From Actinomycetes bacterium (lineage in GTDB: Bacteria; Actinomycetota; Acidimicrobiia; Acidimicrobiales; JAMCPL01), in the NCBI GenBank assembly GCA_021846515.1, contig JAJZWU010000007.1, positions 13,505 to 77,504 on the forward strand: a stretch of DNA of 64,000 bases, read 5' to 3'. The translations under genes were made by a program, and so were the position numbers. Positions 19,215-28,965 of this stretch are shown piece by piece. How positions within the stretch are numbered: the stretch's first letter is position 1; every line of letters begins with the position of its first letter. A model generated the notes under the pieces. That model was given only the letters and a program-made list of their open reading frames with translations. It searched no databases and was not told the DNA's origin.

Positions 19215-20711
19215 ATGGCAAAATCCTACGAATACACGCTTAGCAAACCGGATCCCCAGATACTGGTAATATTCGGTGCATCAGGCGATCTGTCTCATAA
19301 AAAGCTGATGCCGGCGCTGGCAGCCCTGTCGGGTCGCAATGCACTACCTGACCAGTTTACAGTCGTGGGAGTAGCGCTTGATCATATGCAGAGCAGTGAT
19401 TTTGCCCAGATGGCTCTTGGAACAGTAGATGATCCTTCACCTTCGTGGAAAGAACTCACAAAGGAGTTCCATTACATAGAGGGTAATTATTCTGACGATA
19501 CTACCTTCCAGCAACTAAGCGTTCTCCTAGATGAAATCGATAAACGTAACGGTACGCTGGGTAACAGGATATATTATTTAGCCACCATCCCGGAGTTGTT
19601 CGCCGTTGTGGCGGAAGGACTAAAAAAGGCCGGATGTGTACAGCTTCCTGGAACTTCACCGTTTACCAGAATAGTCATAGAGAAGCCATTCGGTATAGAT
19701 CTTGCAAGCGCAATAGAGCTCAACCAGCACCTGCATAGTTGCTTCGACGAATCACAGATATTCAGAATAGACCATTATTTGGGTAAGGAGACAGTACAAA
19801 ATGTACTGGCACTTCGCTTTGCCAACGCCATCTTCGAGCCGGTATGGAACAGGCGGTACATGTCATGTGTGCAGATTACCGTAGCGGAGAGCATTGGTAT
19901 AGAACATAGGGGAGCATACTACGATAAGGCAGGAGCGTTACGCGATATAGTGCAGAATCATCTTATGCAGGTAGTAGCTCTCACTCTGATGGAACCGCCA
20001 ACAACAATCAGCGCTCAAGATGTACCGCCTGTAAAGGTCAAGCTACTCAAATCAATCGAGATAGTCAACTCTGATCATGCTGCAAGAAGGGCTGTACGCG
20101 GTCAGTACGGTAAGGGCGTCATAGACGCACAGAGTGTGCTGGCATACAGAGAGGAGGATGGAATACCGGAAGACTCCGACACTGAGACATTTGTAGCTAT
20201 GAAACTGGAGGTAGACAACTGGCGATGGGCAGGAATGCCTGTATTCATACGGACGGGGAAACGCTTACCGGAACGTGTAACCGAAGTCGTTTTGGAGTTC
20301 AAAGGTGTACCGCACCTTGCCTTTAAGTCACGCCAAGCAAGATTGCTTGAACCAAACCGCCTGGTAATGCGCATACAGCCAGATGAGGGTATCACGTTAC
20401 GATTTGGTGCAAAGGCTCCCGGTGAATCTTTTGACTTGCGCTCTGTATCTATGGACTTTTCCTATCAAGACACCTTCAAGCAGGCACCGCCTGATGCATA
20501 TGAACGACTTATCCACGATGCCATGATAGGTGACCATATGCTCTTTTTGCGATCAGACGAAGTAGAGCAGGCTTGGAAAATAGTGGATCCTTTCCTTGAA
20601 GCATTCAGGAATTCAGATGTACCACTATCCACATATCGTTCCGGATCGTGGGGGCCACATGATGCAGACATACTACTGGCCAGAGAGGGTCACGAGTGGG
20701 CCAACCCCTGA
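19215..20711 (+). CDS. zwf: Glucose-6-phosphate 1-dehydrogenase
   Basis: FGASGDL, EKPFG, RIDHYLGKE, DIVQNH, RTGK. Confidence 0.96.
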   Translation: MAKSYEYTLSKPDPQILVIFGASGDLSHKKLMPALAALSGRNALPDQFTVVGVALDHMQSSDFAQMALGTVDDPSPSWKELTKEFHYIEGNYSDDTTFQQLSVLLDEIDKRNGTLGNRIYYLATIPELFAVVAEGLKKAGCVQLPGTSPFTRIVIEKPFGIDLASAIELNQHLHSCFDESQIFRIDHYLGKETVQNVLALRFANAIFEPVWNRRYMSCVQITVAESIGIEHRGAYYDKAGALRDIVQNHLMQVVALTLMEPPTTISAQDVPPVKVKLLKSIEIVNSDHAARRAVRGQYGKGVIDAQSVLAYREEDGIPEDSDTETFVAMKLEVDNWRWAGMPVFIRTGKRLPERVTEVVLEFKGVPHLAFKSRQARLLEPNRLVMRIQPDEGITLRFGAKAPGESFDLRSVSMDFSYQDTFKQAPPDAYERLIHDAMIGDHMLFLRSDEVEQAWKIVDPFLEAFRNSDVPLSTYRSGSWGPHDADILLAREGHEWANP

Positions 20712-21529
20712 GCACCACCGTACCTGATCTACCTGGGCTGATTGCCAAAGGCAAAATGCCAAATGGTGAAATGGTCGTAGTAGAAGATGTTGCCTCGGCT
20801 TGGTGTCACGTAGTGCATTCTACCCTGTCTGAATACTCTCAGCATGAAGTCTCTCAAGAAAAACCGTTTACTCTAGCCCTATCGGGAGGGCCGACTGCAC
20901 GGAAATGCTATGAGACCTTGGCGGATACGTTATCCTCTCCTCCCTCTCCCCATTCCCCGCTCTCACCCGCCTTGCCTTCTTCCTCTCCTGCCAAATACCC
21001 ATTTTCCCACCCTTTCTCGCTCTTCAACGATATATCGTGGAACAATGTTCACATACTGGTAGGAGATGAGCGCTGTGTACCTATAGATCACCCTGACTCC
21101 AACAGCGGTATGATAAAGGAGGTGTTGATAAGCAATATACATGATATAGGAGCGTTTTATCCTATGGACTGCAAGGCCGGTCCCTCCACATACAGTGACA
21201 TTGTTTCACGTTATATACCACTTGACTTGGTACACCTGGGAATGGGGATTGACGGACATAGCGCTTCACTCTTTCCCGGTAGTACTTTATTGGATGAGCA
21301 ATCCTCACTGGTTGCCTACTCGCGTGATCCACAACAGATGAACGCGCATGATAGGATGACTCTCCTATTGCCAGCAATCAACTCTTCCAGACAGGTCATA
21401 TTCACAGTATCCGGTAGTGAGAAGCTGGAGGCCATGGCAAAAGCAATGCAGGGCATTGACATGCCTGCACTACATATCAATGCAGGTAATGTTCTGTGGA
21501 TTGTGGACGAAGCAGCTAACCCGCGGTAG
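20696..21529 (+). CDS. pgl: 6-phosphogluconolactonase
   Basis: LSGGPT, GDERCVP, SNSGM, LGMGIDGHSASLFP, RMTL; follows zwf; start uncertain. Confidence 0.92.
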   Translation: MGQPLSTTVPDLPGLIAKGKMPNGEMVVVEDVASAWCHVVHSTLSEYSQHEVSQEKPFTLALSGGPTARKCYETLADTLSSPPSPHSPLSPALPSSSPAKYPFSHPFSLFNDISWNNVHILVGDERCVPIDHPDSNSGMIKEVLISNIHDIGAFYPMDCKAGPSTYSDIVSRYIPLDLVHLGMGIDGHSASLFPGSTLLDEQSSLVAYSRDPQQMNAHDRMTLLLPAINSSRQVIFTVSGSEKLEAMAKAMQGIDMPALHINAGNVLWIVDEAANPR

Positions 21530-21538
21530 TATTTTAGA

Positions 21539-23854
21539 ATGGGCACCAAGGAAAATCATATGGCCAGTTCAATTGACAGCATGGGAACCAGCACCGGAAG
21601 TATAGACAGCCTGATAGCCGGAGCACAAGGCATCAGGAAATCTGCCTTTGGAAATATCGTAACCTACTCCCCAAAGGTATTTATACCGCTTACAAATCTA
21701 TGTAGAGATCGCTGTGGATACTGCACATTTTCACAACCACCAGCTCGCCTCTCTTCGCCTTACTTATCCACCGAAGAAGTATTGGACATTGCGCAAAAGG
21801 GTGTTGACGCCGGGTGCAGCGAAGCGCTCTTTACCCTTGGTCAGCTCCCAGAGAAGCGTTACACTGTTGCCGCCCAATGGCTCAAAGAGCATGGATACGA
21901 TTCGACTATACACTATCTCGTAGAAATGTGCAGGACGGTCAGGGACAATACCGGGCTACTACCTCACGCAAATGCCGGAGCATTGACCCACGAGGAGCTG
22001 AACGCATTACGTCCGGTAACTGCCAGCCAGGGTATGATGCTGGAAAGTGTTGACCCCTCGTTACGCTGCCATCTGAACTCTCCGGATAAAGTGCCTGAAG
22101 TCAGGCTAAAGACTCTGGATGATGCGGGTAAATTGCATATACCATTCACTACGGGACTGCTCGTGGGTATAGGTGAAAACAGGCAATCTCGTATTGACAC
22201 CTTGGTAGAGATTGCCAAGTCACATAAACTATACGGCCATATACAGGAAGTAATTATCCAGGGATTTCTTCCCAAGCCGGGAACATCAATGCATAATTAT
22301 CCACCATGCCCTACTGAAGAGCTACTCTGGACGATCGCGGCCGCAAGACACATACTGTCACCTGACATACACTTACAATCCCCTCCAAACCTCACAGACG
22401 ATTTAGCATCACTCCTGAATGCGGGTATCGATGATTGGGGGGGTATATCACCGGTGACACTGGATCATGTAAACCCGGAGCGCCCTTGGCCTGAGATCGA
22501 GCTGATCAATAAAGTGACCAGCGACAACGGTTTTACTCTGGTACCCCGCCTTACTATATACCCGCAGTTCCTCTCTGATCCGCATCGCTGGCTCCATCCC
22601 GACATGGTATTCCCCGTTATGAACATGCAGGATGCCAATGGATATGCACGTGAAGACAGATGGTGCTCAGGCTCGGATATCGAACCACCGCACTTAGCGG
22701 TCGATTCAGGACATACAAACAAACCAAACAACCTATCGACACGTACCAAAGTATCCGAAGTCATTGAGGGCATCACTGGAGGCCAAGAACCCGGAATAGA
22801 CGAACTGGTCACATTATTCGGCGCTCGCGGAAATGACTTCCATAATGTAATTGAGCTGGCAGACGAAATGCGTGCGCGTGTCAATGGTGAAACTGTTACC
22901 TTCGTAGCTAATCGCAATATAAACTACACCAATATATGCACCTTCAAGTGTCGTTTTTGTGCATTCTCCAAAGGACCTCTTTCGCTCAACTTACGGGGAA
23001 ATCCATACCTGCTTGACTTCGACGAGATAAGCGCAAAAGTAGTCGAAGCCGTACAGGCAGGTGCAACTGAAGTATGCCTTCAGGGTGGCATACACCCCGA
23101 CTTTGATGGAGAATATTACCTCTCTGTCCTGGACGCAATCCGTAAGGCTTCGTCCAATATACACATACACGCATTCAGCGCACTGGAAGTGCATGAAGGA
23201 GCAAGAAGGTTGGGAATAGAGCTGGAAGATTACTTGAGGATGCTGAAGGAAAAAGGACTGGCCAGCCTGCCCGGCACCGCGGCGGAAATCCTGTCAGACG
23301 ATATCAGGGACATTCTCTGCCCCGACAAGATTAAAACAGAACGCTGGTTGGAGATCCATAGAGTAGCGCATAGCGTCGGGTTACGCTCTAACGTAACCAT
23401 CATGTTTGGTGCAGTAGAACAGCCTATTCATTGGGCAAAACACATAGTGCTAACCAGAGAATTGCAGAAACAAACCGGTGGGTTCACTGAATTCGTGCCC
23501 TTACCCTATGTACATATGGGAGCTCCACTCTACGTTCAGCGGCGATCAAGGCGTGGACCTACATTCAGGGAAGTGATGCTGATATACGCTGTCGGCCGTA
23601 TCGCATATCATGGCTATATAGACAATATACAGACCAGCTGGGTAAAATTGGGGGTGGAGGGTGCGCGGCAAACTCTTGCCGCCGGAGCAAATGATCTTGG
23701 AGGGACGTTAATGGAGGAGAGCATATCACGTGCTGCAGGGGCAAACCACGGGCAATCTGTTAGCATCTCTGATCTGTACTCCATAGTACAACCCCTGGGT
23801 AGGACACTTTACCAACGCTCTACACTGTATAACCTGTTGAATCAGGCAGCGTAA
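21539..23854 (+). CDS. fbiC: FO synthase (CofG-CofH fusion), F420 biosynthesis
   Basis: Two radical SAM motifs: VFIPLTNLCRDRCGYC (CofG-like, with DDWGGISP) and NINYTNICTFKCRFC (CofH-like, with PGTAAEIL and GANDLGGTLMEE). Confidence 0.93.
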   Translation: MGTKENHMASSIDSMGTSTGSIDSLIAGAQGIRKSAFGNIVTYSPKVFIPLTNLCRDRCGYCTFSQPPARLSSPYLSTEEVLDIAQKGVDAGCSEALFTLGQLPEKRYTVAAQWLKEHGYDSTIHYLVEMCRTVRDNTGLLPHANAGALTHEELNALRPVTASQGMMLESVDPSLRCHLNSPDKVPEVRLKTLDDAGKLHIPFTTGLLVGIGENRQSRIDTLVEIAKSHKLYGHIQEVIIQGFLPKPGTSMHNYPPCPTEELLWTIAAARHILSPDIHLQSPPNLTDDLASLLNAGIDDWGGISPVTLDHVNPERPWPEIELINKVTSDNGFTLVPRLTIYPQFLSDPHRWLHPDMVFPVMNMQDANGYAREDRWCSGSDIEPPHLAVDSGHTNKPNNLSTRTKVSEVIEGITGGQEPGIDELVTLFGARGNDFHNVIELADEMRARVNGETVTFVANRNINYTNICTFKCRFCAFSKGPLSLNLRGNPYLLDFDEISAKVVEAVQAGATEVCLQGGIHPDFDGEYYLSVLDAIRKASSNIHIHAFSALEVHEGARRLGIELEDYLRMLKEKGLASLPGTAAEILSDDIRDILCPDKIKTERWLEIHRVAHSVGLRSNVTIMFGAVEQPIHWAKHIVLTRELQKQTGGFTEFVPLPYVHMGAPLYVQRRSRRGPTFREVMLIYAVGRIAYHGYIDNIQTSWVKLGVEGARQTLAAGANDLGGTLMEESISRAAGANHGQSVSISDLYSIVQPLGRTLYQRSTLYNLLNQAA

Positions 23855-23908
23855 GGTTGAGAAACGCCAAAGAAGTATTCAACAGGCAGTCAAGCCATAT
23901 AATGCGCT

Positions 23909-24967
23909 ATGAGTAATGATAACTCCGTACAGAGGAATGACCCCATACAGACCAGGGAAGCAATGCGTAATAAATTCGAAAAACTACTTGAACTGCTCGA
24001 TGATAGTTCCCGTATAGATCTTTACGATATAGCGATAGGATCGCTGCTGGAGCTTGCTGAGGACAATACCGACACACTGAACCTAAAGATAGCTGCCAGT
24101 GCCCTCAGGGAAATGGCACAGGCTTTTTCCATATTTCAACCCTACACGGGAATCAAGAAGGTCACCTTCTTTGGGTCCTCACGCATAAAAAACGATGATG
24201 CACTCTACAATCAAACTAAAGAGCTTGCCAAAAGACTTGCCAAACTGGGATGGATGACCGTAACCGGTGCCGGTCCTGGAATTATGAGTGCTGCCATTGA
24301 GGGGGCCGGCAGAGAAATGTCTCTCGGTGTCAATATACGACTACCTCACGAGCAATACGCGAATCCATTTATTGCCAATGATCCAAAGTTGGTAGAAATG
24401 CGCTATTTCTTCACCAGGAAACTCATGCTAATCAAAGAATCGGATGCCTACGTGGTACTCCCTGGAGGATTTGGCACCATGGATGAGTCGTTCGAGCTTT
24501 TTACTCTACTGCAAACCGGCAAAATGAATCCGGCTCCGGTAATCCTACTTGATGCTCCCGGAGGAACCTACTGGAATTCGTGGTACAACTTCCTTGGTAC
24601 AGAGCTTATACCTCTCGAAATGATACATCGCAACGATACGGCCTTCTTTATGATTACCTCAAGCATAGACGCATCCATCAACGAGATAACGCATTTTTAT
24701 TCCAATTATCATTCACTTAGATTCGTAGGTGACATCCTGGTTATTCGCCACCGGCACAAGCTATCACCAGAGCAACTTGATAGCCTGGTGGAGGACTTTG
24801 CCGACATCACACTTGACGGCACAATCCGTAAGGCAACACCTCTTCCACCCGAACGCGCCGACAATGACAACCTCGACATGGAGCGTATAGCGCTTAAATT
24901 CGACAAAGCAAGCTACGGTAAACTGCGTATGATGATTGACCGGATCAATTCATTCCAGTCTCAGTAG
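23909..24967 (+). CDS. LOG-family (TIGR00730-like) nucleotide phosphoribohydrolase, long form
   Basis: FGSSR, TGAGPGIM, YFFTRK, PGGFGTMDE. Confidence 0.88.
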   Translation: MSNDNSVQRNDPIQTREAMRNKFEKLLELLDDSSRIDLYDIAIGSLLELAEDNTDTLNLKIAASALREMAQAFSIFQPYTGIKKVTFFGSSRIKNDDALYNQTKELAKRLAKLGWMTVTGAGPGIMSAAIEGAGREMSLGVNIRLPHEQYANPFIANDPKLVEMRYFFTRKLMLIKESDAYVVLPGGFGTMDESFELFTLLQTGKMNPAPVILLDAPGGTYWNSWYNFLGTELIPLEMIHRNDTAFFMITSSIDASINEITHFYSNYHSLRFVGDILVIRHRHKLSPEQLDSLVEDFADITLDGTIRKATPLPPERADNDNLDMERIALKFDKASYGKLRMMIDRINSFQSQ

Positions 24968-24976
24968 CTATTTCAC

Positions 24977-25216
24977 TCAATCCAGACCATCTTCTACTGT
25001 TACTATCAGGGATTCAAGGACGGACACCGCTTTTTCTACCGATCTTCTGGCTCGGGTAACGGCTTTTTCTTCTGTCATCAGCCTGCTGGAGAACTGTCCA
25101 GCTGCATCTCCAGAAGAGATCTGCTTGCTGGCCTCCAAGAGACATTCATAGGCATACTCAGACATCTCATCTGTAATAGACTGAAGTTTAGCGACAAGGT
25201 CTTCTATAGATGCCAT
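24977..25216 (-). CDS. Small helical hypothetical protein
   Basis: 79-aa helical-looking ORF; TGaTAATAT 6 nt before the ATG. Confidence 0.65.
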   Translation of the reverse strand: MASIEDLVAKLQSITDEMSEYAYECLLEASKQISSGDAAGQFSSRLMTEEKAVTRARRSVEKAVSVLESLIVTVEDGLD

Positions 25217-25328
25217 ACTGTCATATTATCACTGCAATGCATAGCAGATAGACGATAACCCGCCACAATTCACCCGGACAGAACTCCGACTATGGTCGTT
25301 TCTCTACCCCCGCATTAAGACCTTGGCT

Positions 25329-26075
25329 TTAGCCCTTCCATCCCCCGGATGAAGAACTCGCCGTCTTGCTGGGCGATGTAGAACCTGAGGTTGTAGAGCT
25401 ACTGTATCCAGGTGTACTGCCCGCGCTGGTACTGGACCCATAACCCGACGAAGTGCTCCCCGTAGAACTACTGGAGCCATACCCCGACGAGCTTGTCGAA
25501 GTGGATGTCGAGCTGGACGATTTTACGACAAATGTACCTGATGGCGAAAGAGCATACCAGTGTGCAGTCGGGTGAGCGGATCCTACCGGGAATGCGAGTC
25601 CTTCGCCGTTTGTCTGCCCAGCAGCAGAATCACCACTGAACAGGTATAGCGGGTGACCATAGTAGGTCAGTTGCTTTGCACCATTCGGAAGCGTCAGTAC
25701 GCCAAAGTGAGCACTCGATACCCCAGTGCCGACAGACGGTCTTGACGACCCAGACACCGGTGGCCATATACCAAGACATTTAGAAGTATCACACGGGCTG
25801 GAAGTAGCTGTTGCAGAACTCAGGGTATACAGTACCATGCCAGATCCGTTTACCAGCACAGTACCTATTGAGCTATGTGCGGTCTTGACAGCTACACTGC
25901 TACTCACAGGCTTCGTCGGAGCAACCGTAGAACTGGATGTAGTAGGCGACGAATAACCCGTAGATGGTTTTGGTTTTGCCGGCGTAGATGAACTACTCGA
26001 ACATGCAGCAAGAGCAAGTGCACTACCGATGATCAATACTCCAAACTTGAAAAAATGCCTGTTACTTAATTTCAT
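25329..26075 (-). CDS. Lipoprotein with Yx(FWY)xxD repeats (COG4315-like) and a Ser/Thr-rich tail
   Basis: Signal peptide with lipobox LAAC; GMVLY, CLGIWPP, QLTYYGHPLYLFSGD; RBS GAAAGGGA before ATG 26075. Confidence 0.85.
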   Translation of the reverse strand: MKLSNRHFFKFGVLIIGSALALAACSSSSSTPAKPKPSTGYSSPTTSSSTVAPTKPVSSSVAVKTAHSSIGTVLVNGSGMVLYTLSSATATSSPCDTSKCLGIWPPVSGSSRPSVGTGVSSAHFGVLTLPNGAKQLTYYGHPLYLFSGDSAAGQTNGEGLAFPVGSAHPTAHWYALSPSGTFVVKSSSSTSTSTSSSGYGSSSSTGSTSSGYGSSTSAGSTPGYSSSTTSGSTSPSKTASSSSGGWKG

Positions 26076-26257
26076 TGTCCGTTCCCTTTCATGGTTAATT
26101 ATGAACCTACCTATACACAAGTATACAACAAATACAGCTACAGATGTGTGCGGTAATTACATTTATCCCAGTCTGTTTTCCAGCACCATCATCAGATCAA
26201 GAAAAACTATCGTGATGGATACAGAGGGCATGCTTGCGGTAACAGTATAAAGGACAA

Positions 26258-27025
26258 CTATGGAATGGAAACCGTGAAAGGTACTCTCTGCGAGTGCGGC
26301 AACGGTATCGACGGCCACTCGACGACGAATTGGTAACGATCTCCACGCACAAGCGAGTGACGGAACTCTATAACCATTCCATCGGACCTGGTAATTCTCT
26401 CCAGAAAAAATGCAGCATCGCCAGGCGGTAGCTGCAATAATTCCGCGTCTTGTTGATCGGGCACAACCGGCCATATTCTTTCCATGCCTCCGTTAAGCAC
26501 TACCCCGCACTCCCTGGCAAGATGATCGTAAAGAGATCCACTAGTCAAATCAGCATCAAGTAGGGGCGCCGCAGTATGCTCTGGCAGCCAAGAGCGATCC
26601 AAAGCAATGGGCTCATCTCCAGCATAACGTTGTCTCTCTATGTAAATACATCTGCTGTCTGCACTGAGCTCCAGTGCCCATCCGGCAACACCACACTCTC
26701 GCCTATCCAGTATTCGTACGATGCTACGCTCCTCAATCCCCTGATCGGCCAATGTAAAAGCCAAGCTATAAAAGCCCTTTAAGGGCTGTTCGAATCTGGG
26801 ATGCACGACAAATGTTCCCTTACCCTGTTGCCTCTCAAGAAGCCCCTGTTGCTGAAGGCTGCGCAAAGCCTCTCTAACCGTATGCCTGCTAACTCCGTAC
26901 TGATTGACGAGTTCCTCTTCGGTCGGAAACTTACTGGATATCTCGCCCTGATTGAGCTTGGCACGAAGTATTTCGGCTAATTGCGCCCAGAGTGGTACCG
27001 GACTGGACTTATCCAGTGCAATCAT
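26258..27025 (-). CDS. GntR-family (HutC/UTRA) transcriptional regulator
   Basis: PTEEEL..YGVSRHTVREAL...QGKGTFV winged HTH; UTRA C-terminus with SLYDHL and RGDRY. Confidence 0.92.
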   Translation of the reverse strand: MIALDKSSPVPLWAQLAEILRAKLNQGEISSKFPTEEELVNQYGVSRHTVREALRSLQQQGLLERQQGKGTFVVHPRFEQPLKGFYSLAFTLADQGIEERSIVRILDRRECGVAGWALELSADSRCIYIERQRYAGDEPIALDRSWLPEHTAAPLLDADLTSGSLYDHLARECGVVLNGGMERIWPVVPDQQDAELLQLPPGDAAFFLERITRSDGMVIEFRHSLVRGDRYQFVVEWPSIPLPHSQRVPFTVSIP

Positions 27026-27068
27026 GACAGTAAGTTGCCTATCATGCTCATACCAGATGAACGGTACA

Positions 27069-27533
27069 CTAACTCCCGGCCTTTCCGAGGAAGAATGAAC
27101 TCACCAGCACCAGTAGAACAAAAGTAGTAACCGCCACCATGATTGGATCCTCTTGGTATGCGAATGCAAAGATGGATACAGCTACACGCATCACCGGCGT
27201 CAGGATGAGCAGAGCCAATCCAAGTACTATAACTCCCCTACCCTCGCCCTTGGACAACGCGCGAAAAAGACCAGACAGGGTATCCGGAAACCGGTAGTGT
27301 GAATCTGCAAGGCTTTTGTAGGAAAAGTGAGAGAGGTATTCAGGATGGTGCAAGAACGATAAGACTAAACCTACAACTATTACTATGACGCTGACAACGA
27401 CACCTGTCCTGAGGACAATGCTTATCACTGTCTCTACCTTTCTAACTTTCTCATCTTGCCGGCGAGCATACTCATCTTGGGGAGCATCCTCATCCTGGTT
27501 ACCTGGTTTATCCTGACGATCGGGACCTACCAT
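27069..27533 (-). CDS. DUF1634-like membrane protein
   Basis: ISIVLRTGV and GLALLILTPVMRV; three TM segments; directly follows the TauE gene. Confidence 0.85.
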   Translation of the reverse strand: MVGPDRQDKPGNQDEDAPQDEYARRQDEKVRKVETVISIVLRTGVVVSVIVIVVGLVLSFLHHPEYLSHFSYKSLADSHYRFPDTLSGLFRALSKGEGRGVIVLGLALLILTPVMRVAVSIFAFAYQEDPIMVAVTTFVLLVLVSSFFLGKAGS

Positions 27534-27534
27534 A

Positions 27535-28368
27535 TCAAATGCCTCGCTGGAACATTTCGAATGCTATAACCATTAGGACAACGACAAAAATCATCCTGAT
27601 AGCTTTGCTCTCTATCTTTCCAAGCATAAGTGAACCAACTGTCGCACCGCCAAGAACGCCGGCGGCCACCGGTGCCGCTATGACCGGATCTATCTGCCCC
27701 CGTGCAAAATATACCCCGGCACTGGCAGCGGCGGTAACTCCAATCATAAAATTACTGGTTGCGGTGGATACCTTCATCGGAAGATGCATAGCGAGATCCA
27801 TAGCCGGCACCTTTAGTGCCCCAGAACCAATACCCAACAATGCACTCACCATGCCGGCTACATACATAAGAGCCAGTCCGGGCTTTGTCCCGGTTACCTT
27901 GTATGATATCTCTCTCTGCTCTGCTTCATCATAGTAGGAACCATGAAGATTGAGGCGATTTGCAATCCTGTCAGTAGAGACCGCCAGCAGCCTATCCTGG
28001 TGGCGTTTTGCATACATGGCGACACCTGAATAAGCAAGCACAACACCGAAAAGTATAAATAGGAATCTGGCTGGCAGAATAGTAGTTAGAAAGGCTCCGG
28101 TAATGGCTCCAGTGGTAGTGGCTATCTCCAGAAACATTCCTGTACGCAAGTTGGTCATACGCTCTCTCACATACGCAGCTGCGGCTCCGCTCGATGTAGC
28201 TATGACTGAAACAATCGACGCCCCTATAGCAAGGCGAATATCTACGTGGAAGATCAGCGTTAGCACCGGTACCACCACGACTCCCCCACCCAACCCAATC
28301 AGCGAGCCAAGAACACCGGCCACAATGGAAATCAAGAACATTAAGATGACGAAGTCTAATGGGTTCAT
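27535..28368 (-). CDS. Sulfite exporter TauE/SafE-family membrane protein
   Basis: GSLIGLGGG, GASIVSVIATSSG, LLGIGSG, STATSNFMIGVT; start moved to ATG 28368. Confidence 0.9.
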   Translation of the reverse strand: MNPLDFVILMFLISIVAGVLGSLIGLGGGVVVVPVLTLIFHVDIRLAIGASIVSVIATSSGAAAAYVRERMTNLRTGMFLEIATTTGAITGAFLTTILPARFLFILFGVVLAYSGVAMYAKRHQDRLLAVSTDRIANRLNLHGSYYDEAEQREISYKVTGTKPGLALMYVAGMVSALLGIGSGALKVPAMDLAMHLPMKVSTATSNFMIGVTAAASAGVYFARGQIDPVIAAPVAAGVLGGATVGSLMLGKIESKAIRMIFVVVLMVIAFEMFQRGI

Positions 28369-28385
28369 GATTATATCATACAGTA

Positions 28386-28397
28386 TTGTACGGACAA
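28386..28397. promoter_or_regulatory. Putative GntR-type operator TTGTACGGACAA
   Basis: Near-palindrome with GT-N4-AC core in the promoter region between the TauE operon and the divergent lipoprotein gene. Confidence 0.5.
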
Positions 28398-28475
28398 CCG
28401 TGCAAATCCATATTAATAATATTAGCCTAAGATGCCATACATAGACCAAAGAAATCAGTATAATAAACAATAGCT

Positions 28476-28943
28476 ATGCCCCCTGGTCGCATAAAACTAC
28501 TTGCTATGTACCTTGCTGTTCCCATAATAATGGCCGCATGCACACCAGCAACTATGAGTGGATCATTATCACACAGGATGGAAGCGTGGAATAGCGGATC
28601 ACTCCTGGAGGAGACTGTTAGCACGCTGACCACCGACAATCAGCACATTCACACACTCCAAGAAGGTCATGACCCCGCAGCGGTAAAGACTGCATGCGAG
28701 GCCATGGGCGTTGATGCCAGGCGGGCAAACAGCTATCTGCCCACTCCGGACCAGCAGATTACAAATGTGCTCAACGCTGCTTATACGGATGAATACACAG
28801 CATCTATAGAGTGCTACAAATATGCATCCCAACCGCCAACCAGCAAATTACTGACCAAATACAACCAGTTGGCTGCCCAAGCTGACAGTCAACTCACACA
28901 AGCTACTAAGCTGTATAACCAGATCATGCACGGCCACAATTAA
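28476..28943 (+). CDS. Putative lipoprotein, hypothetical
   Basis: Basic N-terminus, hydrophobic stretch and lipobox-like MAAC; two further Cys; helical-looking body. Confidence 0.7.
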   Translation: MPPGRIKLLAMYLAVPIIMAACTPATMSGSLSHRMEAWNSGSLLEETVSTLTTDNQHIHTLQEGHDPAAVKTACEAMGVDARRANSYLPTPDQQITNVLNAAYTDEYTASIECYKYASQPPTSKLLTKYNQLAAQADSQLTQATKLYNQIMHGHN

Positions 28944-28965
28944 TTAAAGACCTAGCGGCAAATAT

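Noticed and set aside
21539-23854. Futalosine-pathway MqnC/MqnE
   Set aside because: The two-domain CofG+CofH architecture indicates FbiC, and the classical men pathway is present
23909-24967. Cytokinin production system (MiaA + LOG)
   Set aside because: The genes are 17 kb apart, both are widespread, and long-form LOG proteins are typically general nucleotide hydrolases
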